From Clostridia bacterium (lineage in GTDB: Bacteria > Bacillota > Clostridia > Oscillospirales > CAG-272): DNA of 64,000 nt. Made by a program: the position numbers and the translations under genes. Location of the stretch: NCBI GenBank assembly GCA_017407225.1, contig JAFQWY010000047.1, positions 39,522-103,521 on the forward strand, in the 5' to 3' direction. Below the pieces are notes generated by a model, which did not search any database, had not been told where the DNA came from, and worked only from the letters and a program-made list of their open reading frames with translations. This document shows positions 1-10,624 of this stretch, one piece after another (within the stretch, counting starts at the first letter, position 1; each line of letters opens with the position of its first letter).

Positions 1-1147
1 CATAGAACATGACATTTCCCGACTTGTCTTCGTCATATAAAATCACATCGACCGTGTATCTGCCCGGAACCAGGAAGGATGTGTCAAACAGGTATTCCGC
101 CTGATTGATGCCCTTTTTGTGCGGCAGCTCTCCGCCGAACACCACACCCACCGGTGTTGTATCAATTCCGTTCACGATCATCTTGAACAGCAGTCTTTCG
201 TCCGCGTTTTCGCTCTTCCATGTCATGCGGAAGGGGAATTTTTCGCCGTACTCAAACTGACTGACGGAAGAGCCGGGAATCTCCAGACTCTGCAGCAGAT
301 GCCTGCAGTTGCACTTCGGATGTCTTTTGGCGTTGGATGTATCAAAAAATGTGGTGTTGTCCAGATCCTCGTTCTTCATGTAGACGGCAATCGCTTCGTC
401 CGTGGGACCGTCAAACGCCTTCGTACCGTGGGAAAGAACAATGCACCTCTCACAGAGGCTCTTGACCGTTGCCATATTGTGGCTTACATACAGAATGGTA
501 CGCCCTTCTTCCGCCGCCACCTTCTTCATCCGGTCGATGCATTTGTTCTGGAAATTCACGTCCCCGACTGCCAGAACCTCATCCATAATCATGATTTCAC
601 TGTCCAGATGGGACGCAACGGCAAAGGCAAGCTTCACCTTCATCCCGCTGGAATACCGCTTCACGGGAGTGTCAATAAACTGTCCCACCTCGGAGAACTC
701 AACAATCTCGTCGAATTTTCTTGAAATTTCCGCTTTGTTCATTCCGAGAATGGCGCCGTTCAAATAGACGTTTTCCCGACCGGTCAGCTCCGGATGGAAT
801 CCCGTCCCCACTTCCAGCATACTGGTGATCCGTCCGTTCATGAAAATATTCCCTTTGGTGGGGGCGGTCACCCGGCAGATCAGCTTCAGAATGGTGGATT
901 TCCCGGCTCCGTTGTGGCCGATGATACCGATGGTCTCGCCTTTCTTTACTTCAAAGGACAGATCGTCCAGAGCCAGAAAGCGTTCGTTTTTGTCATGTGC
1001 TTTCTGCCCGATCTTCAGGTTCGGGTCTTCCTGTTTTCTCAGCTTTGCAATCTTCGACTGGATCTCAGCCTTCAAGGTTGCTCCGCCGATGGCACCCAGA
1101 CGGTATTCCTTGGAGACATGATCCACTTTTATCGCCAATTCGTTCAT
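1..1147 (-). CDS. wzt: Polysaccharide ABC exporter ATP-binding subunit (Wzt), runs off the left edge
   Basis: Manual translation from ATG at 1147: MNELAIKVDHVSKEYRLG..., Walker A GHNGAGKST, FHPELTGREN, YSSGM signature, DEVLAVGD; directly downstream of wzm. Confidence 0.92.
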   Translation of the reverse strand, partial: MNELAIKVDHVSKEYRLGAIGGATLKAEIQSKIAKLRKQEDPNLKIGQKAHDKNERFLALDDLSFEVKKGETIGIIGHNGAGKSTILKLICRVTAPTKGNIFMNGRITSMLEVGTGFHPELTGRENVYLNGAILGMNKAEISRKFDEIVEFSEVGQFIDTPVKRYSSGMKVKLAFAVASHLDSEIMIMDEVLAVGDVNFQNKCIDRMKKVAAEEGRTILYVSHNMATVKSLCERCIVLSHGTKAFDGPTDEAIAVYMKNEDLDNTTFFDTSNAKRHPKCNCRHLLQSLEIPGSSVSQFEYGEKFPFRMTWKSENADERLLFKMIVNGIDTTPVGVVFGGELPHKKGINQAEYLFDTSFLVPGRYTVDVILYDEDKSGNVMFY

Positions 1148-1157
1148 TGTTCTCTCC

Positions 1158-2033
1158 TCATACCGTATCCATGAATGTCTTTTCCACCTTGCCGAACATC
1201 ACAACGCCGAGCGCAAGAACCAGCAGTGTGGTAACCCAGCTGATGCCGTAATACAGCCAGTCCACCGCACCGGTGCCGAGATAGGCGTACCGGAACATAT
1301 TGACGATCGGTGTGACCGGGTTCAGCATATACAGATCGTAGAATTTTCCTCCCGGCATCAGGACGGATCGGCTGAACATATCGTACGCCACCGGGGAGCA
1401 GTACGACCACAGGCTTACGCCGAATCCGACGACCATCTTGAGGTCACGGTATTTGGTCGTCAGCGAAGAAATGATGATGCCGAAGCCCATGCCCAGAATG
1501 GCCGTCTGCAGCAGCAGCACGGGAGTCATCAGAATGTACAGGTTGGGCACAACGCCGCTGTCCGCGATCAGGTAGTACACAAGGAAGCACAGCATGAAGG
1601 CAAACTGGATGAAAAACGAAATAAACTGTGAAATCGCCGTGGAAATCGGCATGACCAGACGCGGGAAGTATACTTTCCCGAGAATGCCGGAGTTGCTGAC
1701 AAATGTGTCGGATGTATGGGTCAGGCAACCGGAAAACAGCGTCCACATGATCGTTCCGCACAAATAGAAAATGAAGTTGGGTACACCGGCAGCGCCCAGT
1801 CCGGCGATATTTCCGAAAAATACCGAATAGACGACCGTTGTGAAAAACGGCTGGATTACCGCCCACGCGGGACCGAGAATCGTCTGCTTGTACTGTGCGA
1901 CGAAGGTACGCCGTACAAACAGAAGGATCAGGTCTTTGCACTTCACCAGTTCGCGAAGACTGAAGTTGATTTTTTTGTTATCTGAACGGATTTCTATATC
2001 CCAGGATTGATCTTGCATTATTTTCTTTTCCAT
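1158..2033 (-). CDS. wzm: Polysaccharide ABC exporter permease (Wzm)
   Basis: YKQTILGPAWAVIQP, KVYFPRL, KYRDL and LNPVTP motifs; start placed at MEKKIM. Confidence 0.92.
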   Translation of the reverse strand: MEKKIMQDQSWDIEIRSDNKKINFSLRELVKCKDLILLFVRRTFVAQYKQTILGPAWAVIQPFFTTVVYSVFFGNIAGLGAAGVPNFIFYLCGTIMWTLFSGCLTHTSDTFVSNSGILGKVYFPRLVMPISTAISQFISFFIQFAFMLCFLVYYLIADSGVVPNLYILMTPVLLLQTAILGMGFGIIISSLTTKYRDLKMVVGFGVSLWSYCSPVAYDMFSRSVLMPGGKFYDLYMLNPVTPIVNMFRYAYLGTGAVDWLYYGISWVTTLLVLALGVVMFGKVEKTFMDTV

Positions 2034-2038
2034 AAAAA

Positions 2039-2962
2039 TCACACATTTTTTCTGGAAGGTAATACCGTCCATTCCCCTAACTTTTCTTCCCATTCAAGTG
2101 GCGCTAATTTTCTTAATCCGCCTCCTGAAGAAAAAGTCATTTCTCCAAAATATACTTTTCCATTTACATTATATAAATCAACCCTGACTGTTGGAATCCC
2201 AACAGATAATTTTTCCGCAATTTCAATCATTTTCTCAAATTCTTGGGGTCGAGAAATTGTGTTAGTTGAATTCGGTTTACTAGCCACTATCGGCAAATGA
2301 TTGAAGTTTATATCATAAAAATCAAATCTTAAATCATCAATAGTTCCCGATGAAACATAGAAAATTTTGGCTTCACCATTAAAGCAATAGAACTTGTATT
2401 CTGGTAAAACTCTATTGTCTTCAGTTTCAATTAACTTCTCACATATTATCTTTCTCTTCACATTCTTATACGGCCATTCTCTGCGTTTTTTATAATAATC
2501 CCGTTTCATTCTATAGTTCAATTCGTTTTTCACGCTTGTAATGTCAAGATTGCTCTTGTCTTTTACAATAATCACCCCATTATCATGATTGCATTTCAGC
2601 ACAAATTTTTCTGGTAATTTTGAAAAATCAATATCTTCAACTGAATCCCAGCAACCGAGCAGCGGAATCAGATAGTCTTCCCCAATCATTCGCTCAACAA
2701 AGTCTCTAACCTCATATTTATCGACCATTTGAGTATATTTATCTCGCCTGTCATACAACTTCAGCCAGTTAATCTTTTCGATATATGTATGAGGATTTCG
2801 AATATTCAGTTTTTCTCCATATTTTTTGAAATATAATCTTTCAATATATATTCTATCTGGAAGCAAGGATGTATAAGTCCCATTCTCAGTAAAATAATCA
2901 CGATATATTTTCTTGATGTATTTCTTAATGTTATATAACCATTCGATAATAATCATATACAC
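2039..2962 (-). CDS. TupA-like ATP-grasp protein (polysaccharide modification)
   Basis: EKINWLKLY, DKYEVR, FVLKCNHD, EYKFYCFNG, VRVDLY, YFGEMTF motifs; AT-rich DNA. Confidence 0.85.
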   Translation of the reverse strand: MYMIIIEWLYNIKKYIKKIYRDYFTENGTYTSLLPDRIYIERLYFKKYGEKLNIRNPHTYIEKINWLKLYDRRDKYTQMVDKYEVRDFVERMIGEDYLIPLLGCWDSVEDIDFSKLPEKFVLKCNHDNGVIIVKDKSNLDITSVKNELNYRMKRDYYKKRREWPYKNVKRKIICEKLIETEDNRVLPEYKFYCFNGEAKIFYVSSGTIDDLRFDFYDINFNHLPIVASKPNSTNTISRPQEFEKMIEIAEKLSVGIPTVRVDLYNVNGKVYFGEMTFSSGGGLRKLAPLEWEEKLGEWTVLPSRKNV

Positions 2963-3657
2963 TCCTGATTGTTAATCAACCCTGTTTTAGGATAGTTCTC
3001 TGCCTTTTTATTCAGCAGCACTGTAAATGGTATCTTTCCTGGAAACGGATTCGTATCAGCTGATAATTCTTCGGTACCTGTTTTTTCTGCCCAATATACC
3101 TCACAGCCATATTTCTTTTTTGGGGAATTATTAATCATGAACTTATTTTTGTATTGTAATGCATCAAACTTTTTCAAATGCTCTTCCGTACAAAGATTCA
3201 TCTTTGAAAACTTTAAGATAACATCATCATAATTCACCCGCTTCTTGCGGCGTTCCCATTTTTCTCTCGCTTCTGCTTCGGTTTTGTAATGCAGAAAAAC
3301 AATTTCAACATCACCGATCATGGCAATGGGGACTTCTGTGTGCCTGCGTTCCCGAAGAGTCTCACGGTACTTCGACTGCTCCCACGAAATAAACTCAAGT
3401 TCCAGTGACAGGTAGTATCGCAGATCCGATACAAATCGGAGATAATCCTCTGCAAAAAAGTACAGCCCGACGGTCGGAGACAGATACGGCATATCCAGAT
3501 ACTGGTAACATCTGCCTGCCCAGCAATTGTTGGAGATAATCGTAAAATCTCTCCGGCGGATCAGCTTTCTGTCAAAATATCTTCGGATGTAATACGGACG
3601 TTCCGTGATCCATTTTTTCAACTTTTTGATTTTTCTTCTGATATACTTACCGGTCAC
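2953..3657 (-). CDS. DUF1919 exopolysaccharide biosynthesis protein
   Basis: FTIISNNCWAG, SPTVGLYF, IVFLHY, KWERRKKRVN motifs; GTG start. Confidence 0.8.
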   Translation of the reverse strand: MTGKYIRRKIKKLKKWITERPYYIRRYFDRKLIRRRDFTIISNNCWAGRCYQYLDMPYLSPTVGLYFFAEDYLRFVSDLRYYLSLELEFISWEQSKYRETLRERRHTEVPIAMIGDVEIVFLHYKTEAEAREKWERRKKRVNYDDVILKFSKMNLCTEEHLKKFDALQYKNKFMINNSPKKKYGCEVYWAEKTGTEELSADTNPFPGKIPFTVLLNKKAENYPKTGLINNQECI

Positions 3658-3666
3658 TGCAGTACC

Positions 3667-4878
3667 TCATGCGTTTCTGATTACCTCAAGCCATTTTTCC
3701 GCAATAATTTCCACTGACATTTCTTTTACAATCTCTGCCGCATTTCTGCCCAGTTTTTCCGCAAGGAGCGGATCGGCGATTACTCTTTTCATTCCCTGAC
3801 AGAGAGCATCTCTGTCTTTCACGGGAACTAAAATCCCGTTGATTCCGTCCTCAATCATCTCTCTCGCACCGCCTCCCAGACAATCCGTGCAGACACAGGG
3901 CAATCCGATCGCCATTGCTTCTATCATGGAATTGGACAATCCTTCAAAATCCGAAGAGGAAACAAACATGGCGCAATCTTTTACTCTGTCATGTACATCG
4001 GCAGACGGCGGTAAAATATGAACAGAATCCTCGAGCCGCTGATCCATTACATACTGCACCAATTCGTCCCGAAGTTTTTCTTCGATTTCCTCCACGGTGT
4101 TTCCGTATATCTCCAGACTGTAACCGGGAAACTCCTTATGCAGATCCGCAAAAGCTTCAATCAGCAGATACAGGTTTTTCTGCTGCGATATTCTGCAATA
4201 GTTCACGATAACTTTCCGCCGCTCTCCCGTGAACGGAAGCGGCAGCCCTTTTTTGATCGGGTTATGTATCACCGCCGTATTTTTCCGGATATACGGTTCG
4301 TAATAGGCCTTCTCATCCAATGTCTGAAATACCGCTCCATCCGCTTTTCCCAGAATTCTGAAAAACTCTGCCGCGGTTTCGGGATCAGGTGATACTTCAA
4401 GCTCCGGGGCATTTCGTTCCGCATAGATTACTTTGCAGTTCAACCCTCTGACCGCATAGTAAACCTGCTCATAATACGCGGCACCGAAGGGGATCACTAC
4501 AGTTTCCTGATTCAGAACCATGTACTGTCTCAGCAGAGAGCTTTTTCTGATCCCACGGATTTCACGCTCCAGCTTTTTGTCCCATTTGGGTGCAAAACGC
4601 GCCAGATACCGAAGCCGCTTGATTGTCCGGATTTTGTTTTCCTGCTTCCCGACTTCAGCCAGCAATGCAGAATTGGATTTATTGTCTTCAATAAAACGGC
4701 ACAATGAAACCAGTTCAACATTTTTCTCCAGCTTGAAGAAAATATTGTGGGCAATATCTTTGGTTGCCAATATGGTTACGGCATATCCTTTTCCGGCAAA
4801 CTCATTTGCCAGATTCGTGGACCGCATGGCAACACCGCCGTTTTTATAATTTCCAATGACAAATACAATTCGTTTCAT
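3667..4878 (-). CDS. Glycosyltransferase family 4
   Basis: RISQQKN, SSDFEGLSNSMIEAMAIGLP (EX7E), NGILVP. Confidence 0.9.
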   Translation of the reverse strand: MKRIVFVIGNYKNGGVAMRSTNLANEFAGKGYAVTILATKDIAHNIFFKLEKNVELVSLCRFIEDNKSNSALLAEVGKQENKIRTIKRLRYLARFAPKWDKKLEREIRGIRKSSLLRQYMVLNQETVVIPFGAAYYEQVYYAVRGLNCKVIYAERNAPELEVSPDPETAAEFFRILGKADGAVFQTLDEKAYYEPYIRKNTAVIHNPIKKGLPLPFTGERRKVIVNYCRISQQKNLYLLIEAFADLHKEFPGYSLEIYGNTVEEIEEKLRDELVQYVMDQRLEDSVHILPPSADVHDRVKDCAMFVSSSDFEGLSNSMIEAMAIGLPCVCTDCLGGGAREMIEDGINGILVPVKDRDALCQGMKRVIADPLLAEKLGRNAAEIVKEMSVEIIAEKWLEVIRNA

Positions 4879-4892
4879 AACGAATCCTTAAC

Positions 4893-6011
4893 TTATCCCT
4901 TCTTACGCCGCAGAACTTTATAAATCCCGCCGGTCAGCTTGCTTTCGGTTACAAAATGTACGAACGGTTTCCAGTACTTCCTCTTGCGCTCCTGACGGCG
5001 GTTATATTTTTCCGTCGCCCTGAAGATCCCTTCCGCATCCTTTTTGAGAATCAGCTTATAATACTCCTGATACAGCGGATTGAGTTTTTCCACGGGAATT
5101 CTGCCATAGAAACGTGTGCACAGCTCATCCTCCATGATTTCCCGCACCAGACGGACTCTGGTCTCAAAATCATTGGGGCAGAGGGGCTTCATTTCGTTTT
5201 CGATGCAGTCTGTTGCGAAAAAGAATGCTCTCAGGTGCATCTGATCCATCAGATCCAGTTCGGTAAACTCTTCGGTATCCTTATACAGTCTCTCGATCAG
5301 AATTTTATAGAGCGGCCACATATTCTTTGTGTATCCGCGGGACAGAGAATCGCCCACCACACGGTTGTGATACAGATAATCGTCGCCCAGATAATAATAA
5401 TTCTGCGCATGGATGGTTGCTTCGTAGGTTAACTGAAGATCCTGGCTGCGGCGAAAACGTCTGTCAAAGTTCAGATGATTCTCTTTCAGCATTTCCATCT
5501 TGTAAATACGGAGCCAGTTGCACCATCGAATGGATCGTTTGCTGCCATTTTTGTCGATATAGGCCAGTGTCCGGGGCAGAATATCGGAGAGGATTTCTTT
5601 CCGGTTATATGCACCGCTTCGCATTTCCGGGGTAAACCGATGGCCGTCCTCGTTTTGTATACAGTTGCAAAACACAACATCCGCCGAATTCGTCATTGCC
5701 GCCGCATACATTTTTTCATACATATCCGGCTCAAGCCAGTCATCCGCGTCCACAAAACCGACGTATTCCCCTTTTGCCCGTTCAATTCCGTCCGCACGGG
5801 CTGCGGCAAGACCTTCGTTTTCTTTATGATAATACGTCACTCTGGGATCGGAGAGGTATTCCCGGCAGATCTGTGCGGTACCGTCCGTTGAACCGTCGTC
5901 GATCAGAATGATCTCGATCTCCTTCAGGCTCTGGTTTACGACACTGTCCAGGCACTGTTTCAGATATTTCTCTCCGTTATATACGGGAACCACTACGCTG
6001 ATCTTAATCAT
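4893..6011 (-). CDS. Glycosyltransferase family 2
   Basis: ISVVVPVYN, DDGSTD, FVDADD. Confidence 0.92.
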   Translation of the reverse strand: MIKISVVVPVYNGEKYLKQCLDSVVNQSLKEIEIILIDDGSTDGTAQICREYLSDPRVTYYHKENEGLAAARADGIERAKGEYVGFVDADDWLEPDMYEKMYAAAMTNSADVVFCNCIQNEDGHRFTPEMRSGAYNRKEILSDILPRTLAYIDKNGSKRSIRWCNWLRIYKMEMLKENHLNFDRRFRRSQDLQLTYEATIHAQNYYYLGDDYLYHNRVVGDSLSRGYTKNMWPLYKILIERLYKDTEEFTELDLMDQMHLRAFFFATDCIENEMKPLCPNDFETRVRLVREIMEDELCTRFYGRIPVEKLNPLYQEYYKLILKKDAEGIFRATEKYNRRQERKRKYWKPFVHFVTESKLTGGIYKVLRRKKG

Positions 6012-7227
6012 TGATAATCTCCAGCCATTTTGCTATAATTTTCTCTTCTGCAAGCTCGTCCTTGATTGCAGTTCCATTTTCCGACAGCTTCTCGGCAAGT
6101 TCCGGATTCTCCGCGACTTCCTTTAGCGCATGATACAGACGTTCCGCATCTTTTACCGGAACCAGAATCCCGTTGTAATGATCGTTTATGATCGCTCTCG
6201 CACCGCCTGCGGGACAGTCCGTGCAGATACACGGCAGTCCGATGGCCATCGCTTCCAGCATGGAGTTGGACATCCCCTCGAAATCGGAAGACGACACGAA
6301 CATGGCGTAATCGGCAACCGCAGTGTGAATATCCTTTCTGCTGCCCAAAATATGAATCTTGTCCTGCAGTGATTTCTCCGCAATCCGCTTTTCAAGGAGT
6401 TCCAGGTAACCGTCGGTCAGATCGCCCACAGGGTCGCCGTAGATGTGCAGTTCGTAATCCTTGTGTTCTTTGTGAAACAGTTCAAAGGCATCAATCAGCA
6501 GTTCCAGATTCTTCTGTCTCGAGATCCGGCAGAAATTGACGATCTTCTTCTGTCTCTCGCCGCGGTATCTTTCCGGCAGACCGGTTCTGATCGGGTTGAA
6601 AATCACACGCCCTTCCACACCCATGTGTTCCCTGTACCACTTCTGTACATCGGGCGACTGAAAGACAATTCCGTCAGCCTTTGGGAACATTCTGTGCAGA
6701 AACGCCATTGTGGTTCTGCTGCCTTTCGACTGCTCCGGATCCCCTCTCTCGGAGATGATCACATGATTGGTCTTCGTCACCGCCCCCAGAGTCAGGAAAA
6801 TAGAATCATACAAAAACGCGATCACGGTATTTTTACTGTACTGCCGGAAGTAGTCTCTGAGCCATGAAACCTTCCGGTAATCTCTGGCATAATACCGGCA
6901 GATCAGACCCGTCTCGGATTCTTTTTTCCGCAGTACTCTGCTGGCTTTCGAGAGCATTCTGCCGTAAAACATCAGCGCATCTGCCCGGGATTTTTTAACC
7001 GGACAGTCCGCAATGCTGTCTTCCAGGGAAATGACCCGGATTCGTTCATCCACATCCCGGAGAACGGCATCCTCCAGTTTCTGGTGCGTGAGAATCAGAG
7101 TCACATCGGCTCCCCGGCTGACCATGGCGTTGCTGATAATGGAAGTAACCCGTTCCGCTCCGCCGCCGTTCATTACTTTGATCAGGAAAGTAATGCCCTT
7201 TTCCAGTTTCTGATTGTCAGATACCAT
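6004..7227 (-). CDS. Glycosyltransferase family 4
   Basis: GGGAER, SSDFEGMSNSMLEAMAIGLP; start at MVSD after GGAGG RBS. Confidence 0.9.
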   Translation of the reverse strand: MVSDNQKLEKGITFLIKVMNGGGAERVTSIISNAMVSRGADVTLILTHQKLEDAVLRDVDERIRVISLEDSIADCPVKKSRADALMFYGRMLSKASRVLRKKESETGLICRYYARDYRKVSWLRDYFRQYSKNTVIAFLYDSIFLTLGAVTKTNHVIISERGDPEQSKGSRTTMAFLHRMFPKADGIVFQSPDVQKWYREHMGVEGRVIFNPIRTGLPERYRGERQKKIVNFCRISRQKNLELLIDAFELFHKEHKDYELHIYGDPVGDLTDGYLELLEKRIAEKSLQDKIHILGSRKDIHTAVADYAMFVSSSDFEGMSNSMLEAMAIGLPCICTDCPAGGARAIINDHYNGILVPVKDAERLYHALKEVAENPELAEKLSENGTAIKDELAEEKIIAKWLEIIND

Positions 7228-8234
7228 TTTTTCCTCCGGAAATATCTGTGTATTCCTGCTTTGTTTCCCTTTTTCCACAGAAGATACAGCTTTCTGTACG
7301 CTTCGTTCAGGCAGGGATTCTCAATGCGCCGTGCTTCTTCCGGCAGCATACTGTCCCACGGGTAGCTCAGGATCTGCTCCCGCTGTTCCTTTGTCCCGGC
7401 AGCTTCGTAATACCGGGAAAACATATACATCATGTCGTGAAACCAGCGCGCATTCAGACGTTCCCTGATTTCCGGGGTATCCATTCCCCACACCGGAAGA
7501 TATTCACGGATCTTATGATATACATGCACGGTATTCTTGTTCGGGATTGTTTCATACCGGAATGCCCGGGATATGCTCTCACTGTTGATTCTGTAGTTGT
7601 ACAGTATTTTGTCGGTATACATGATTCTTCCCGCCGCGGTCAGCGGATACAGGGACTGGAGCAGGTCTTCCGCCATATTTTTCCCGTAATAGACGGAATA
7701 ATCCGTCGGATCGCTCCGCAGAACCGAGGTCCGCACCGCCTTCGTCCAGATGCTTGTAATCCCGTTGGTCAGGATCAGCGCTTCGTAAAGCTCTTTCTTT
7801 CCGCTGTCGTCCCAGACATAACCGTCCTCTTTGAAGACAGGGTATCTTTCCGCTTTCCGACCGTCCCGGCAGTATCGGAACGAGTACAGAAGCACATCCG
7901 TCTGCGGATCCTTTTCCAGATATCCGGCAATCACCTCAAGCAGGTTTTCTTCCGCGAAATCATCGGAATCCAAAAACACACAGAATTCGCCTCTTGCCTC
8001 CGCAATACCAACCCTTCGCGCGGATATCAGTCCCTGATTCTCTTTGTGAATCACACGGATCTGTTCCGGCTTCTGCTGTGCATACCGGTCGCAGATTATG
8101 CCGCTGTCATCCGTTGAACCGTCATCTACCAGCACAAGTTCAAAATCCCGGCAGGACTGGTTCAGCACGGACTGTATGCATTCCTCCACATACGCTTCCA
8201 CATTGTATACAGGGACAAGAATACTGAATTTCAT
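7182..8234 (-). CDS. Glycosyltransferase family 2
   Basis: FSILVPVYN, DDGSTD, FLDSDD, AED motif. Confidence 0.92.
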   Translation of the reverse strand: MKFSILVPVYNVEAYVEECIQSVLNQSCRDFELVLVDDGSTDDSGIICDRYAQQKPEQIRVIHKENQGLISARRVGIAEARGEFCVFLDSDDFAEENLLEVIAGYLEKDPQTDVLLYSFRYCRDGRKAERYPVFKEDGYVWDDSGKKELYEALILTNGITSIWTKAVRTSVLRSDPTDYSVYYGKNMAEDLLQSLYPLTAAGRIMYTDKILYNYRINSESISRAFRYETIPNKNTVHVYHKIREYLPVWGMDTPEIRERLNARWFHDMMYMFSRYYEAAGTKEQREQILSYPWDSMLPEEARRIENPCLNEAYRKLYLLWKKGNKAGIHRYFRRKKWYLTIRNWKRALLS

Positions 8235-9415
8235 ATTTTTTCCTCAAGCAGGCGTTTCCAATCAGACTGATATCTGAGGAAATCCGCTGTGTAATCAATC
8301 TTTTGTAAGGAATCCGCAATCCTCTGACGCAGGTCTTCCTCGCTGAGCATACGGATAATCTGATCCGCCAGATCATCTGCGCCGATGTCCGAAATCAGGC
8401 CGGTTGCTTCATTTTCTATCAGGAATTTACCGCCTACTGTAGCAGTTGTGACAACAGGCTTGCCCAGAATCTGAGCTTCGGCTATTGTAAGGCCATACGC
8501 TTCCTCATAGGACGGCTGCACATAGACGTCACAGCATCCCAGATACGGATAGGGGTTATCCTGCATTCCGGTGATCCGGATACAGTCTTCCAGACCGTAT
8601 TCCGAGATCATCTGCTCCAGGTTCACCCGTTCCGGTCCGTCTCCGACGAAATACCACAGGAAACGGATTCCCTTCTCCTTCAGCAGTTTTGCCGCCCTGA
8701 CAGCCAGATCGAATCCTTTTACCGGAGCAAATCTGCCGCAGGAGCACAGAACCGCTCTGTCCTCCGGTCTGTCCGGTGTGAACAGCAGGCTCTTTCTGCG
8801 GATTTCCTCTGCATCCACGTAGTTATCGATATAAGTCATCCTGTTGGAAACCGATGGATACAGCTCCCTCAGGATGTTCCGCACATTCTCGTTGACTCCG
8901 ACGATTCTGTCAAAGCACGGCATGATTTCTTCATGCAGATCGTGGTTTTCATCGGTGCTGGCATGATAGAACATGATTTTTCTCTTGGCATTGACACACC
9001 TTGCAACAAACTCCGCCGTGTATCCCGATATATAGGAAACCGCAATATCATATTCCTCGGTGTCCGGAAAATAATGCTCTTTCTCATAGTTCATCTGAGC
9101 TTCCGTCAGATATGTGACAATCTTTTTCTGCAGGGCATCGTCCCACCGTCTGTTCTTCACAAGCCTTGCCATATATTGACACACGGACAGCCACGCAAGA
9201 TACGGTATGCGGTAATACCGTGTCGGGTCTTCATTCACGATAATTCTGCTGACATTCCGGTTTACTTCGGGCAGCAGCTGCAGACGGTTCTTTCTCACAT
9301 ACAGAGTCACATCATTTCCGGAATAATCGATGGCATTCAGCGCAGTGATGGCCGATTTCTGAACACCGCCGTAATTCAACTGATGCACCGCAAACAATAC
9401 TTTCGTCTTCTTCAT
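8231..9415 (-). CDS. Glycosyltransferase family 4
   Basis: GRFAPVKGFD, VGDGPE, SYEEAYGLTIAEA; start MKKTKVL. Confidence 0.9.
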   Translation of the reverse strand: MKKTKVLFAVHQLNYGGVQKSAITALNAIDYSGNDVTLYVRKNRLQLLPEVNRNVSRIIVNEDPTRYYRIPYLAWLSVCQYMARLVKNRRWDDALQKKIVTYLTEAQMNYEKEHYFPDTEEYDIAVSYISGYTAEFVARCVNAKRKIMFYHASTDENHDLHEEIMPCFDRIVGVNENVRNILRELYPSVSNRMTYIDNYVDAEEIRRKSLLFTPDRPEDRAVLCSCGRFAPVKGFDLAVRAAKLLKEKGIRFLWYFVGDGPERVNLEQMISEYGLEDCIRITGMQDNPYPYLGCCDVYVQPSYEEAYGLTIAEAQILGKPVVTTATVGGKFLIENEATGLISDIGADDLADQIIRMLSEEDLRQRIADSLQKIDYTADFLRYQSDWKRLLEEKI

Positions 9416-9416
9416 C

Positions 9417-10622
9417 TTACAGCAGCTCCATCCATCTCTCAGCGATGCTTTCCAGCGACAGTTTTTTCCGCAGTTCCGCCGCGTTCCCTGATAATCTGCG
9501 GGCAAGATCTTCATCCTCAATGATCCGTTTCATTGCCCGGTACATTGCTTCCGGATCTCCTACCGGGACCAGCAGACCGTTCTCTCCGTCACGGATGATG
9601 GCTCTCGCACCGCCGATGGGACAGTCCGTGCACACAACCGGCATCCCGATTGCCATGGCTTCCAGCATCGCGTTGGACATCCCCTCGGAATCGGAGGAAT
9701 TGACGTACATACAGTCCTTCAGGATTTCTTCATGGACGGTACTGCTGAACGGGCACCATGCAACGGACTCTTCCAGATGCCATTCCGCGATCCGGTCAAT
9801 AAGTTCCTTCCGAACCTTTTCGCCCTCTTCGTTGAGGGTATCCCCGATGATCCGCAGAACATATTCCGGATATTCATCGTGCAGCAGTCGGAATGCTTCC
9901 AGGAGCATGGGGAGATTTTTCTCCTTTGAAATTCTGCAGAAGGTTGTGATGTTATGATTCCGTTCTCCGAAACAGGGTTCCGGAAGATCGCTTTTGATCG
10001 GATTGGGTATCACAACTCCCTTTTCTGCGATGCACGCAGGATAGGCGCTTTTTGCTTCTTCGGTCTGGAAAACAGCCGCATTCACATTTTTATAGTATTT
10101 TTCAATAAACCTCCGCCCGTAGCGGTGCTTCATCAGCCGTTCCGGATTTCCTCTTTCCGAAAAAATCACCCGGTTGGGCAATCCTTCCGCGGCAAGAAGA
10201 ACCATCGGAACGGACGGCTGAAGAAAACTGATCACAGTCATATCCGGTTTTGCTTCCAGCAGTCTGCGGATTCCGTCAATTTCCTTCCGGTACTGGCTCA
10301 CAAAGGACCAGTACGCAAAGTGGGAAGGGACATTTTTTCCGAAGGCTTCAAACATCCGGCTGAATACCGTGGAATACAGACGCATCAGCTTCATGGCGCA
10401 TTTCCGGATAATGCCCTCATCCGGAAGCTGTTCCTGCAGACACACAAGATCAATCTCCGGATTGAGATCCCGGCGGATCACATCTTCTTTCCCGGACGAG
10501 GTCAACAGGAAAGTCACATCAAAGCCGTTCTGCTGAAACTCATTCATCAGCAATGCCGCGACCCGTTCGGCACCGCCGCCTTTCATCACGGGCATTACCA
10601 TTAAGACCTGTTTTCTTTCCAT
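9417..10622 (-). CDS. Glycosyltransferase family 4
   Basis: GGGAERV, SSDSEGMSNAMLEAMAIGMP; start MERKQ. Confidence 0.9.
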   Translation of the reverse strand: MERKQVLMVMPVMKGGGAERVAALLMNEFQQNGFDVTFLLTSSGKEDVIRRDLNPEIDLVCLQEQLPDEGIIRKCAMKLMRLYSTVFSRMFEAFGKNVPSHFAYWSFVSQYRKEIDGIRRLLEAKPDMTVISFLQPSVPMVLLAAEGLPNRVIFSERGNPERLMKHRYGRRFIEKYYKNVNAAVFQTEEAKSAYPACIAEKGVVIPNPIKSDLPEPCFGERNHNITTFCRISKEKNLPMLLEAFRLLHDEYPEYVLRIIGDTLNEEGEKVRKELIDRIAEWHLEESVAWCPFSSTVHEEILKDCMYVNSSDSEGMSNAMLEAMAIGMPVVCTDCPIGGARAIIRDGENGLLVPVGDPEAMYRAMKRIIEDEDLARRLSGNAAELRKKLSLESIAERWMELL

Positions 10623-10624
10623 CC

